Shown one piece after another: positions 1 to 10,600 of a stretch of 64,000 nt of DNA. Position numbers and translations under genes: made by a program. This DNA comes from Bacteroidota bacterium. Its GTDB lineage: Bacteria; Bacteroidota; Bacteroidia; NS11-12g; UBA955. Position 1 is the first letter of the stretch, and every line of letters begins with the position of its first letter. The DNA is taken from positions 131,817 to 195,816 of the forward strand of contig JAURFW010000002.1 of the NCBI GenBank assembly GCA_030834125.1. Direction: 5' to 3'. The notes beneath the pieces are model-generated. The model did not search any database and was not told the DNA's origin. It worked only from the letters and a program-made list of their open reading frames with translations.

Positions 1-500
1 TTTGGTGCCTAGATGCAGTGTATCAAAACATGGAGGGAATTGAAAAAGTTGAATGCGGCTACAGCAATGGGTTGGTTAAAAATCCTACTTATAAAGAGGT
101 ATGTACAGGTAGGACTAACTGTGTAGAAGTGGTAAGATTGTTTTTTGATTCGTCAAAAACTTCCTACGAAGAAATACTTACAGTATTTTGGAGAATACAT
201 AACCCCACTACATTAAACAGACAAGGTAATGATGTTGGTACCCAATACAGAAGTGGTATTTATTATACCTCAGATGAGCAAAAAGAAATTGCTTTGAAGA
301 GTAAATCAGCTGTTCAAGAATCTTTATTGTGGAGTGATCCAATAGTTACCGAAATTGTTCCATTGAAGGATTTTTCTGTTGCAGAAGATTACCATCAGAA
401 CTATTTCGAGAATAACCCAAATCAACCTTATTGCGTTTATGTAGTAGGTGAGAAAGTTGAAAAGTTCAAAAAACTATTCAAAGAGAAACTAAAACACTAA
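1..500 (+). CDS. msrA: peptide methionine sulfoxide reductase MsrA, 5'-truncated at the window edge (reading frame 2; the first visible residues, FWCLDAV, sit at the conserved GCFWC active-site motif)
   Basis: Translation shows FWC...VECGYSNG...NPTYKEVCTGRTNCVEVV...HNPTTLNRQGNDVGTQYRSGIYY, the hallmark MsrA core. The ORF runs off the 5' end of the window. Confidence 0.9.
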   Translation, partial: WCLDAVYQNMEGIEKVECGYSNGLVKNPTYKEVCTGRTNCVEVVRLFFDSSKTSYEEILTVFWRIHNPTTLNRQGNDVGTQYRSGIYYTSDEQKEIALKSKSAVQESLLWSDPIVTEIVPLKDFSVAEDYHQNYFENNPNQPYCVYVVGEKVEKFKKLFKEKLKH

Positions 501-1234
501 AGTTTTTCGTGAATCCATCCATTTAAAATGGATACTCCAGTTCCTATTGCCCATCCCATTATAACATCTGATGGATAATGCTTTCCGGCTGTTATTCGTA
601 GTACGCCTGTAGTCAAGGCTAATCCAGTGGAGGCCCAGGCCGTAATTTTACTTGTTTTTGATGAGGGATATCGGTAAGCCATCCATATAGAAGTTGCAGC
701 TGCAGCAGCTGTCATAGAACTATGTCCGCTGAAAAACGAATAAAAATGATCATTAGCACCGTCGCTAACAAAATTGGGGTTTCTCGTGTAAGGACGTTTT
801 CTCTGAAATACAATTTTTGCTGATTGGGTTAAATTGGCCGTAAATAGTAAATTCTGAACCCAAAGATTTGCAAAATTTCGTGTGGTTTTCAAACTCTTGT
901 ATTGGTCGGTCTGTATAAGCGATAAAATAAGTGCTACTTGCAATGTGTAATCCGATGCCCATGCATGTTGCTTGGTAAGTGTCGTTTTTGAAAAATCATC
1001 CAAAACAGGAACTTTCCATTCTTTTGGATCAATTTTCAATGTGTTTTTTACAATGTAACGATTTGTTAACCAATAAGATGAATTAATTGTATGGATTCCA
1101 AGGTCTGTACCTAAATGAAATCCAATTTGCCTGTTTGTTGGGTTTTGACCCTTTAGGAAAAAAATACACATAAACGAAAGTGTCAAGGTTACACTTTTTG
1201 AATATAGGGATTGTGTTATCATTTTGATAATCAT
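497..1234 (-). CDS. PAP2-superfamily phosphatase (phosphatidic acid phosphatase/acid phosphatase-like), membrane or secreted
   Basis: PAP2 signature motifs KRPYTRNP, FFSGHSS and AGKHYPSDV are all present, with a hydrophobic N-terminus. Confidence 0.8.
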   Translation of the reverse strand: MIIKMITQSLYSKSVTLTLSFMCIFFLKGQNPTNRQIGFHLGTDLGIHTINSSYWLTNRYIVKNTLKIDPKEWKVPVLDDFSKTTLTKQHAWASDYTLQVALILSLIQTDQYKSLKTTRNFANLWVQNLLFTANLTQSAKIVFQRKRPYTRNPNFVSDGANDHFYSFFSGHSSMTAAAAATSIWMAYRYPSSKTSKITAWASTGLALTTGVLRITAGKHYPSDVIMGWAIGTGVSILNGWIHEKL

Positions 1235-1337
1235 TTTAATAGGTATGTCTTATTGTATGTATATGCTTGCAAAAAATTGTGCGTAAGTACTTGATTTAAC
1301 ATATGGTTTACATTATGGTTTAGTCACTTACCCTTGG

Positions 1338-1345
1338 TAATTTTG
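1338..1345 (+). promoter_or_regulatory. Bacteroidetes -7 promoter element TAATTTTG upstream of pckA
   Basis: Matches the TAnnTTTG consensus about 27 nt upstream of the ATG at 1372. Confidence 0.5.
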
Positions 1346-1371
1346 TTGTGTCAAATTTACATTTATTATTT

Positions 1372-2970
1372 ATGAGTAATGCAGCATTGATTGACGCTCT
1401 AAAAAAACAAGCCAATCAAGTATTTGAAAACTTAACTACCCAAGAACTAGTAGAAAAGGCCTTAGAAAGAGGCGAAGGTAAACTTACAGATCGTGGTGCT
1501 CTAGCAGCAGATACTGGTGAGTTTACAGGAAGAAGCCCCAAGGATAAGTTCTTAGTGCAAGATGAGAAAACAAAAGATACCGCTTGGTGGGGTTCTGTGA
1601 ACCAACCATTTGCATCTGATAAATTTGATGCGCTACTCAATAAAGTAGTTAATCATTTGAATCAAAAAGATATATTTATCAGACATGCTTATGCAGGTGC
1701 AGATCCTAACCACCAATTGAACATTCAAGTGGTTACAGAAAGTGCGTATCAAAATTTATTTGCCAAGCATTTATTCTTGCGTCCTACTGCTAATGAAGCA
1801 ACTGAACAAGAAACAGAGTGGTTAATAATTGCCGCTCCTTCATTTAAAGGAGACCCTTCAGTTGACGGAGTTAGACAGCATAATTTTACAATTGTAGATA
1901 TGTCACGTATGATTATATTGATTGGTGGCAGCGGTTACACAGGTGAAATTAAAAAAGGAATTTTTGGTGTACTTAATTACATACTTCCTCAAGAACGTGG
2001 AGTATTAAGTATGCACTGTTCTGCAAATATCGGAAAGGCTGGTGATACTGCAATTTTCTTTGGTTTGAGTGGAACAGGTAAAACTACATTAAGTGCTGAT
2101 CCAAATAGAAAACTTATTGGAGATGATGAACATGGGTGGTCTGAAAATACTGTATTTAATTTTGAGGGTGGATGTTATGCGAAATGCGTAAATCTTACTG
2201 AAGAAAAAGAACCACAAATTTGGAATGCAATTAAGGAAGGTGCATTAGTTGAGAACGTTAGATTCTTTGATAATTCAGATAAAGTAAACTACAATGATAT
2301 ATCGGTTACAGAAAATACTCGAGTAGCTTACCCAATTGATTACATTGACAATGTGGCGGTACCATCTGTAGGAGATGCACCTAAAAATATATTCTTTTTA
2401 ACAGCAGATGCATTTGGTGTATTGCCTCCGATTTCAAAATTAACACCTGGACAAGCCATGTATCACTTTATTTCGGGATATACTGCTAAAGTTGCTGGCA
2501 CAGAAGCTGGAATTACAGAACCACAGGCAACTTTCTCAGCTTGTTTTGGACAAGCTTTTCTTCCATTACATCCGGCTAAATATGCGGAAATGTTAGGAGA
2601 GAAATTAACGCACAACCCTGATGTGAATGTTTGGTTAATTAATACCGGCTGGACTGGCGGTCCTTACGGCGTAGGAAATAGAATGAAATTGGGTTATACA
2701 CGCGCAATGATTACCGAAGCACTAGAAGGTAGACTTACGAATAACTTTGTAGCACATCCAGTATTTGGAGTAATGATGCCAGAAGAATGTGCAAATGTTC
2801 CTTCAGGATTACTTAATCCAAGAAATACCTGGGATGATAAGTCAGCCTATGATGCTCAGTGTAATAAACTTGCTGAATTATTTAATACGAACTTTGAAAA
2901 GTTTGCAGATGGCTCAAGTGATGAAATTAAGGCAGCCGCACCTAAAGTGGTGGTTTATCGTAATATTTGA
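1372..2970 (+). CDS. pckA: phosphoenolpyruvate carboxykinase (ATP)
   Basis: Carries the GLSGTGKTTLS kinase-1a motif and full-length PEPCK-ATP conservation. The ORF track opens at a GTG (1348), but a TAATTTTG -7 element at 1338-1345 places the transcription start downstream of that GTG, so the ATG at 1372 (MSNAALIDAL) is preferred. Confidence 0.9.
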   Translation: MSNAALIDALKKQANQVFENLTTQELVEKALERGEGKLTDRGALAADTGEFTGRSPKDKFLVQDEKTKDTAWWGSVNQPFASDKFDALLNKVVNHLNQKDIFIRHAYAGADPNHQLNIQVVTESAYQNLFAKHLFLRPTANEATEQETEWLIIAAPSFKGDPSVDGVRQHNFTIVDMSRMIILIGGSGYTGEIKKGIFGVLNYILPQERGVLSMHCSANIGKAGDTAIFFGLSGTGKTTLSADPNRKLIGDDEHGWSENTVFNFEGGCYAKCVNLTEEKEPQIWNAIKEGALVENVRFFDNSDKVNYNDISVTENTRVAYPIDYIDNVAVPSVGDAPKNIFFLTADAFGVLPPISKLTPGQAMYHFISGYTAKVAGTEAGITEPQATFSACFGQAFLPLHPAKYAEMLGEKLTHNPDVNVWLINTGWTGGPYGVGNRMKLGYTRAMITEALEGRLTNNFVAHPVFGVMMPEECANVPSGLLNPRNTWDDKSAYDAQCNKLAELFNTNFEKFADGSSDEIKAAAPKVVVYRNI

Positions 2971-2982
2971 TTGATCCTAATT

Positions 2983-3011
2983 AAAAAAGCGGCTTTATGC
3001 CGCTTTTTTTC
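2983..3011 (+). terminator. Rho-independent terminator after pckA
   Basis: An A-run, the hairpin GCGGC-tttat-GCCGC, then a T7 run. Confidence 0.8.
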
Positions 3012-3042
3012 TTTTACTAAGTATTCATCAAAACTAGTTTGG

Positions 3043-3050
3043 TATCTTTG
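3043..3050 (+). promoter_or_regulatory. -7 element TATCTTTG upstream of alaS, implying a leaderless transcript
   Basis: Exact TAnnTTTG match ending 6 nt before the ATG at 3057. Confidence 0.55.
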
Positions 3051-3056
3051 CAAATT

Positions 3057-5693
3057 ATGAGCATTTCCTCACTAGAAATCAAACAGCAATTCTTGGACTT
3101 CTTTGCATCAAAAGGACATAAAATAGTACCTTCTGCACCTATTGTAGTAAAAGGTGATCCAACACTGATGTTTACAAATGCCGGAATGAATCAGTTTAAG
3201 GATTTCTTTTTGGGAAATGAAACAACTCAAGAAAAGCGCATTGCAGACAGTCAGAAATGTCTTAGAGTAAGTGGAAAGCATAATGACTTAGATGAGGTAG
3301 GACATGACCACTATCATCATACTATGTTTGAGATGCTCGGGAATTGGTCATTCGGAGATTATTTCAAAAAAGAGGCAATAGAATGGGCCTGGGAACTACT
3401 TACTGATGTTTACAAACTGCCGGCAGATAGGTTGTATGTTACAGTTTTTGAGGGTAGTAAAGAAGAGAATATTCCTTTTGACCAGGAAGCTTTTGATATT
3501 TGGTCCAAACTTTTACCCAAAGAGAGGATACTAAATGGTAATAAAAAGGATAATTTCTGGGAGATGGGTGAAACTGGACCTTGCGGACCCTGCACAGAAA
3601 TTCATATCGACCTTAGGTCTGAGGAAGAAATAAAGAATATTTCAGGTGCAGTTTTGGTAAATGCCGACCATCCAGAAGTTATGGAGATTTGGAATAATGT
3701 ATTCATGGAATTTAACAGGATGGCTGATGGTTCATTGGTTAATTTACCTGAAAAACATGTAGATACGGGAATGGGTTTTGAGCGTTTAGTAAGAGTTATT
3801 CAAAATAAAAAATCTAATTACGATACGGATATTTTCAGTTTTATTATTGAAGAAACTTCAAAGCTATCCAATATAAAGTATGGAGAAGTAGAAAATCAGG
3901 ATATTGCATTTCGTGTAATTGCCGATCATATTCGCGCAGTTGTAATGGTAATTGCCGATGGACAAATTCCTTCAAATACAGGTGCGGGATATGTTGTTCG
4001 AAGAATATTAAGAAGGGCCGTTAGATATGGTTATAGCTACTTAAATCTTCAGCAACCATTTATGAACCAATTGGTGGTTTCTTTGGCAGAGTATTTCAAG
4101 GAATCTTATCCAGAAGTAATTAAGCAAACTGATTTTATTGCTAAAGTTATTAAAGAGGAAGAAACGGCATTTTTCAGAACATTAAGTACGGGTATTCAAA
4201 AGCTTTCTGCATACTTTGATCAATTTGGCAAGAAAGAAATTGAAGGTTCTGTTGCCTTTGAGCTTTATGATACGTATGGATTTCCAATTGACTTAACAGA
4301 GATTATCGCTCGTGAAAATGGAGTAGAGGTGGATTTAAAAGAATTTGAAAAAGCCTTAACTGAACAAAAAAACAGATCCAAAAACGATGCTAAAAAAGAC
4401 TTAGGAGATTGGAATTGGGTTATGGAAAATTCCACCGAAGATTTTGTTGGGTATGATGAAACAAAAACTAAAACCCATATTAGTCGTTGGAGAGAGGTCT
4501 CACAAAAAGGGAAGACATATTTTCAGTATGTATTGGTAAATTCTCCCTTTTATGCCGAAAGTGGCGGTCAAGTAGGGGATAAAGGAAAACTTACTAATCT
4601 ATCCGGTGATGAAGTGTTTATAATTGACACTCAAAAGGATAATAAGCTTCATGTGTTATTGTCTACAAAGATGATATCTAATCCGCAGGAGGAAATTATT
4701 GCTGAAGTTAATGTTGAGAGAAGAAATGATATCAGAAAGAATCACTCTGCAACGCATTTAATGCATAGCGCATTACGCCAAGTTTTAGGCGATCATGTTG
4801 CGCAAAAAGGTAGTTTGGTCAATGATGAAGTATTGCGATTTGACTTTTCTCACTTTGGAAAAATGACAGATGATGAACTAAAGAGAGTTGAGGAAATTGT
4901 AAACAATAAAATATCAGCTTCAATACCATTAAATGAGTATCGCGATATTCCAATTGAGGAAGCGAAACAAATGGGTGCAACTGCTCTTTTTGGAGAGAAG
5001 TATGGAAATAAAGTAAGAGTTATTGAGTTTGATAGAGAATTTTCAATAGAGTTATGCGGCGGAACCCATGTTGAGAACACGCGCGATATAGGTTATTTTA
5101 AACTTATGTCTGAAGGTAGTGTTAGTTCAGGAATACGAAGAATAGAAGCAATTACTGGTTCTAAAGCAATGGAGTTTTTAAATTCCCAAACTCAAGAACT
5201 TCAAAGCATCAAGATGTTGCTGAATAACCCTAAAAATGCCGTTGATGCGGTGGAGAAGCTACTTGAACAAAATAATAATCTTCAAAAACAGATTCAAAAT
5301 TTCCAACAAGAACAGGCCAAAGTAATAAAGACTGAGTTAGAATCAATGGTTTCAAAAGTGGGAACGGTTAATACATTATTTACCGTTGTTGATTTATATT
5401 CTGCCGAAGATGCTAAAAATATATGTTTCCAATTAAAGCAACAATTTGATCCGTTTATTGGTGCAATTGGTTATCGCGTTGATGGAAAGCCGGGTATTAC
5501 AATAATAGTATCTGAAAGTCTTGTGGAAAGCCTAGAAGTTAATGCATCTAATCTTGTTAGAAGCTGTGGTAAATATATTCAGGGTGGTGGAGGCGGACAA
5601 GCGTTTTTCGCTTCTGCAGGAGGTAAAAATGTTGAAGGGCTTGAGGATGCTGTGAATTTTGCAAAAGGAGAAATTACCCCTCGATTGAAATAA
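3057..5693 (+). CDS. alaS: alanine--tRNA ligase
   Basis: Class II AlaRS core (FTNAGMNQFK, HHTMFEMLGNWSFGDYFK), an editing domain and a C-terminal DHHA1-like GGGGGQ region. A TATCTTTG -7 element at 3043-3050 sits just upstream of the ATG at 3057, favouring that start over the track ATG at 3039. Confidence 0.93.
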   Translation: MSISSLEIKQQFLDFFASKGHKIVPSAPIVVKGDPTLMFTNAGMNQFKDFFLGNETTQEKRIADSQKCLRVSGKHNDLDEVGHDHYHHTMFEMLGNWSFGDYFKKEAIEWAWELLTDVYKLPADRLYVTVFEGSKEENIPFDQEAFDIWSKLLPKERILNGNKKDNFWEMGETGPCGPCTEIHIDLRSEEEIKNISGAVLVNADHPEVMEIWNNVFMEFNRMADGSLVNLPEKHVDTGMGFERLVRVIQNKKSNYDTDIFSFIIEETSKLSNIKYGEVENQDIAFRVIADHIRAVVMVIADGQIPSNTGAGYVVRRILRRAVRYGYSYLNLQQPFMNQLVVSLAEYFKESYPEVIKQTDFIAKVIKEEETAFFRTLSTGIQKLSAYFDQFGKKEIEGSVAFELYDTYGFPIDLTEIIARENGVEVDLKEFEKALTEQKNRSKNDAKKDLGDWNWVMENSTEDFVGYDETKTKTHISRWREVSQKGKTYFQYVLVNSPFYAESGGQVGDKGKLTNLSGDEVFIIDTQKDNKLHVLLSTKMISNPQEEIIAEVNVERRNDIRKNHSATHLMHSALRQVLGDHVAQKGSLVNDEVLRFDFSHFGKMTDDELKRVEEIVNNKISASIPLNEYRDIPIEEAKQMGATALFGEKYGNKVRVIEFDREFSIELCGGTHVENTRDIGYFKLMSEGSVSSGIRRIEAITGSKAMEFLNSQTQELQSIKMLLNNPKNAVDAVEKLLEQNNNLQKQIQNFQQEQAKVIKTELESMVSKVGTVNTLFTVVDLYSAEDAKNICFQLKQQFDPFIGAIGYRVDGKPGITIIVSESLVESLEVNASNLVRSCGKYIQGGGGGQAFFASAGGKNVEGLEDAVNFAKGEITPRLK

Positions 5694-6300
5694 CCTTTTT
5701 GGTTTCAAAAAAAGATTCCTCAAAGAAGTCACTTATATGGGTGCTCTTCAATTTTAATTTAGAGTATGTTTGAGTAAGTTCATTTAGTTCTTCCGATAAA
5801 TCCCCTCCTTTTAAAAGGGCAAACTTTGGTTTACCTGTCCAATGACCTTTCATCCAATCAAAAAGCTTTATGGTAGGCGCAACAGCGCGTGCTACAGCCA
5901 TGTCGTATTTCCAAGGAGTCTCTTCAATTCTGTATTTTCTTGCGGTTACATTTGCTAAACCTACTTCATTGGCAATTTCTTGAACAATATTAATTTTTTT
6001 ACCAATGCTATCGATGAGGTAAAATTGAATTTCAGGAAACATTATCGCTAAAGGGATACCTGGAAAACCTCCACCAGTTCCTATATCAACAACAGTTTTA
6101 AGGCCTCTAAATTCAGTAGTTTTAACTAATGCCATACTATGTAAAATATGGTGAACATAGAAGTTATCTGTATCTTTTCTCGATATTAAATTTACTCGAT
6201 TATTGTGGTAGATATATAAGTCTTTTAAATAATTAAATTGTTCCTTTTGTTTATATTTAAGTGCGTCGAAGTATTTTTCTAGTATATCTGCGGTTACCAT
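5674..6300 (-). CDS. rsmG: 16S rRNA (guanine527-N7)-methyltransferase RsmG/GidB
   Basis: Carries the SAM-binding motif VVDIGTGGGFPGIPLAI and has the expected length of about 208 aa. It overlaps the alaS 3' end convergently by 20 bp. Confidence 0.85.
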   Translation of the reverse strand: MVTADILEKYFDALKYKQKEQFNYLKDLYIYHNNRVNLISRKDTDNFYVHHILHSMALVKTTEFRGLKTVVDIGTGGGFPGIPLAIMFPEIQFYLIDSIGKKINIVQEIANEVGLANVTARKYRIEETPWKYDMAVARAVAPTIKLFDWMKGHWTGKPKFALLKGGDLSEELNELTQTYSKLKLKSTHISDFFEESFFETKKVISIEG

Positions 6301-7526
6301 ATAATACGTTTTTTAAAGTAAGCACGAATACTAATATATGGATACCAAACCGTAGTTACTAGGTTATATATTGGATACCAGTTAGCACCTTTTCTCATTT
6401 GTAATTTTTTACCCTTTCTGAAATAAATTATCCATTCAGTTATTAACTTTAGGCTAACTAAAGCTGTAGGGTAAATCCAATGGCTTCCAATTATGAAAAA
6501 CAATACCAAAGAAATCCAAAATATTAACTGGGATAATGGATACCACATTAAATGAAACTTAACACCGCTTCTATACATTCTACCAACCCATAAATGTCTC
6601 ATTTTTTGTCTCCAATAATGTTGAAAGTTTTTAGGGCCTTTTGTAGTAGTGAAGCTATTTGTACTCAGGCAAACACTTGTATTTAATCCATTACTTACAG
6701 ACTGTATAAACAAGTCATCGTCGCCAGCTGGAATGTGATGGTGAGAGGAAAAGCCATTTACCGAATCATAAATATCTTTTGTGTACGAAAGATTTCTTCC
6801 GACTCCCATGTAAGGTAAACCTGCCATTGCCATTCCTGTATAGTTTAGTGCAGTAAATAAATTTTCATACTCTACAAGACCTCCAAGAAATCCTTTACCT
6901 CCATCTACAGGGGATATACCAAGAACGATATTTTTTTCCTTGGTTTTTGAATTCATCATTTCTTGAATCCACTGATTACCTACAGGTAAACAATCTGCAT
7001 CTGTAAGTAGTATATTTTTGTATTGGGCTTTTTTAATTCCTAGTGTAAGGGCCAATTTTTTACTACCGTTTTTTATTACTGTTGGATCAAGTAATACATA
7101 TTTAAGTCGGGGTTCTTTTTCTGATTCTCTAACCAAGAAATAGGCAGTTTCATCTCCCGAACAATCATCGACAACAATTACTTCAAATTCAGGGTAATCT
7201 TGCTCTAGCCATAAATGTAAATTATCCTCTAGTAATAGTACTGCATTTTTTGCGCAGATAATTACTGAAACTGGTTCGCTGAATTGGTTGGAATTCTCAG
7301 AATTTATTGGTTTAACTCTGAAATGATAAACGAATGTGTAGTACCAACCCATTAATATACCAAAACCAACCACGGAAATCCCAATGATGTCAATTTGACT
7401 AAAAGGGATATTTTGAAAGTAATTCAATATGTGTTCCACCTTAAACCACAAATCTAATAACAAGCCGTATTTAACTGTAGCAAAGTGTATATGTTGAGGA
7501 TAAATAAATAAATTATTGAGCCTCAT
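6294..7526 (-). CDS. family 2 glycosyltransferase (GT-A fold) with N- and C-terminal transmembrane segments
   Basis: GT2 signature VSVIICAKNA...FEVIVVDDCSGDET followed by a DxD-like LLTDADC, with hydrophobic termini. Confidence 0.75.
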   Translation of the reverse strand: MRLNNLFIYPQHIHFATVKYGLLLDLWFKVEHILNYFQNIPFSQIDIIGISVVGFGILMGWYYTFVYHFRVKPINSENSNQFSEPVSVIICAKNAVLLLEDNLHLWLEQDYPEFEVIVVDDCSGDETAYFLVRESEKEPRLKYVLLDPTVIKNGSKKLALTLGIKKAQYKNILLTDADCLPVGNQWIQEMMNSKTKEKNIVLGISPVDGGKGFLGGLVEYENLFTALNYTGMAMAGLPYMGVGRNLSYTKDIYDSVNGFSSHHHIPAGDDDLFIQSVSNGLNTSVCLSTNSFTTTKGPKNFQHYWRQKMRHLWVGRMYRSGVKFHLMWYPLSQLIFWISLVLFFIIGSHWIYPTALVSLKLITEWIIYFRKGKKLQMRKGANWYPIYNLVTTVWYPYISIRAYFKKRIIW

Positions 7527-7628
7527 TGAGTTCGGAAGTTGAGCAATTTAGAATTTGTAGGAAATAAAATTATACTTTTTCTATAAACAACAATTATATA
7601 TAAATTGCCCAATCAATATTGATTTTTT

Positions 7629-10600
7629 ATGTTCAGTTTCTCCCCTCCCAGAAAGACCTATTTGTTTATAAATAAGAAAACGAAATTTATTCTTATCATT
7701 CTTTGTTTCATTTTATCTAACCAAGTAAGTGGACAATACAGTATTCGGGTAGTGGATTCAAGAAATTCGAGTCCTTTAAATCGGGTTTTGATTAACCGCC
7801 TTGTTAAGAACACAAGCGGGGTTTATACCGAAACCATAGGATATACCGATAGTAATGGTAGGATTTCAATAAATCAACCAAAGGGAACACAAATTCACTT
7901 TATTGCTAACAATTATGAAGAACAAGATTACTTTTTGGGCACTGAAAAACGAATCATGATTTCACTAGAAAGTTCGGTCGATAGAGTAGATGAAGTTGTT
8001 GTTGTTGGTTATTCTAAAGTTAAGAGAAAAGAAATTACAGGTTCTATAGGTTCTGTGAAAGGTGCAGATCTTGTGAAACAGCCAGTTCTTACCGGTACAC
8101 AGGCATTACAAGGAAAGCTAGCAGGGGTTCAAATTACCAATTATGGATCTCCTGGTTCAGCACCAACCGTTCGTATCCGAGGTACAGGTTCTGTTATTGG
8201 AGGCGCGGAGCCTTTATATGTAGTTGACGGAGTGATTACTGATGATATCAGAAATATTTCAACATCAGATATTGTATCTATGGATGTGTTAAAAGATGCA
8301 TCATCAACTGCAATTTATGGAGTAAGAGCTGCTAACGGTGTAGTTTTAATTACTACAAAAGCAGGAAAAAGGGGTTCTTCAAGCTTAAGTTATGACGGAT
8401 ACTTCGGATTTAAGGACCTATCCAACAAAGTATTTATGGCCGGACCAAATTTGTTTACAGCATATTCAAATGAGGCGGCAGGGACCTTTGCAATTAAAGA
8501 TGAACAAATTATTGGTAAAACTGATTGGATGGATGCCATTACGCGCACTGGTTTACAGCAAAACCATTCCATTTCAATAAATGGCGGAGGTGAGAAAAAT
8601 ACATCTTTCCTTTCAGTAAATTACATGAAAGAATCAGGTATTCTTATTGGTAATGATTACGAGCGTATTACGCTGAGAAACAATAATGATTTTTTTGTAG
8701 GTGACAAATTAAGAATTGGAAATACACTGAACTTGAGCAGATATTTCTCGAATAATAAACCATTTAGCGCGTTTACAGCGGCGTATAATGCAGCTCCATT
8801 GTATGATGTAATTGATGAAAATGGAAATTATGGTTACACCGATGTTAACAATGTGGGTAACCCAGTAGCTGCTTTGGATTACACCGATGATCAGTCTTTT
8901 GGAAACAGGTTGATGGGTAATTTGTATGCAGATTGGGAAATAATCAAAGGGCTTAAATTCAATACAAGTTTAGGGCTTGATGCATACGGTAATGAAGGAA
9001 GAAATTATCAAAGAAGATATCGCGTTAGTGGTACGCAGCGTTATGATACAACCACATATACTGTAAGCGCTAATAATGGTTACCGATGGATTTGGAATCA
9101 GTTACTTACATATGATGCCAATATCAATAAAAATCAGACGTTAAAGGTTATTGCAGGTCATACAGCTGAGCAATACGATGGAGAGATGTTTGCTATTTCG
9201 CGAGATGGTGTTCCGTCTAAACCTCAGTACAGATATATCAATACAGGAGCCTCAACAATACAAGGAAATATATTGTATCAAAGACCTGTAAGTGATTATG
9301 GATCCAGAGAAAGTTATCTGGCTAAGGTTAGCTATGCGTATTATGATAAGATATTCGTTTCTGGATCATTCAGAAGAGATGGTTCTTCGAAATTTCCAGT
9401 TCAAAATAGATGGGGAAACTTCCCATCTGTTGGTTTAGCATGGGACCTCACTAAGGAATCATTCTTTCCAAGATCAAAGAATTTTAATTACTTAAAAGCG
9501 CGTGCATCATGGGGTAAGGTAGGGAATGATAGAATTAATCCCTCTGAGTTTGTAACCTTACTATCTACGGGATTAGTTTCTGTATTTGGAAATGGCGATA
9601 TTCAAGATGGTTCTACTATTGCTGAAATAAAGGATCCAAACCTAAAGTGGGAAGTAACAACAGAGTATGATTTTGGATTTGATTTTGAATTAGTTGAAAA
9701 GAGATGGTTTGGAACCATGGATTGGTATTATAAATTAACATCAGGAGCATTATTTAATGTTCCTTTATCTGCTGGTCTTGGAGATAATAATAACAGCATG
9801 CTAACAAATGCCGCAGACATCTCTAATACAGGTATAGAATTAACTTTGGGTTACAAATCACTTCCTGGAGACTACAGGTCAGGTTTTAACTGGAGCTCTG
9901 TGATTACTGCAACCTTTAACAGAAATAGAATAGAAAATTTAGGCTTGGGTAGACCTACAAATTACGGAAGTTTAAACAACGGAGAATTTGCAACTCGCGT
10001 TGCACCCGGCCAGCCAATTGGTGTTTTCTGGGTATACGAGACTGATGGAGTTTACCAAAGTAATGAAGAAATAAATAATTCAGCTCACCTATTTGGTGCA
10101 CAACCCGGTGATTTCAGAATAAAAGACAATAATGGTGATGGGGTAATTGACGATTTAGACAGAGTTTATGTTGGATCTTATCAGCCAATTGCATATTTCG
10201 GTTGGAACACTAAATTAACTTACAGAAACTGGGATTTAAACATTGATATTTTCTCAAACTACGGTAACAAGGTGTTTAACGGAAAGAAAACCGTTAGATA
10301 CGGAGGTAGTTATAATGTAGAATATGATGTTGCTGTAAATAGATGGACGCCTGACAATCCAACAAACGAGGCTCCAAGAGCATATAATGGTGTTCCAAAA
10401 CCATCCGATTATTATGTAGAGAGTGGTTCTTTCATCAGATTAAATAACCTTTCATTAGGCTATACAATGCCCGGTAGGGCAATCTCAAAAATTGGTGCGA
10501 AGTCCCTACGTTTCTATGTTACTGCACAAAACTTATTCACATGGATGAGTTATTCTGGATACACTGCCGAGTTGCCTGGTGCACCGCCACAAGCGGGTAT

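Noticed and set aside
765-962. Short antisense or internal ORFs inside well-conserved genes (for example 765-962, 1416-1640, 3410-3595, 4850-5080, 8390-8580, 15419-15622, 17623-17883, 19822-20148).
   Set aside because: They are embedded in the opposite strand or an alternative frame of genes with strong family conservation. They show no independent signals and are typical AT-rich-genome artefacts.
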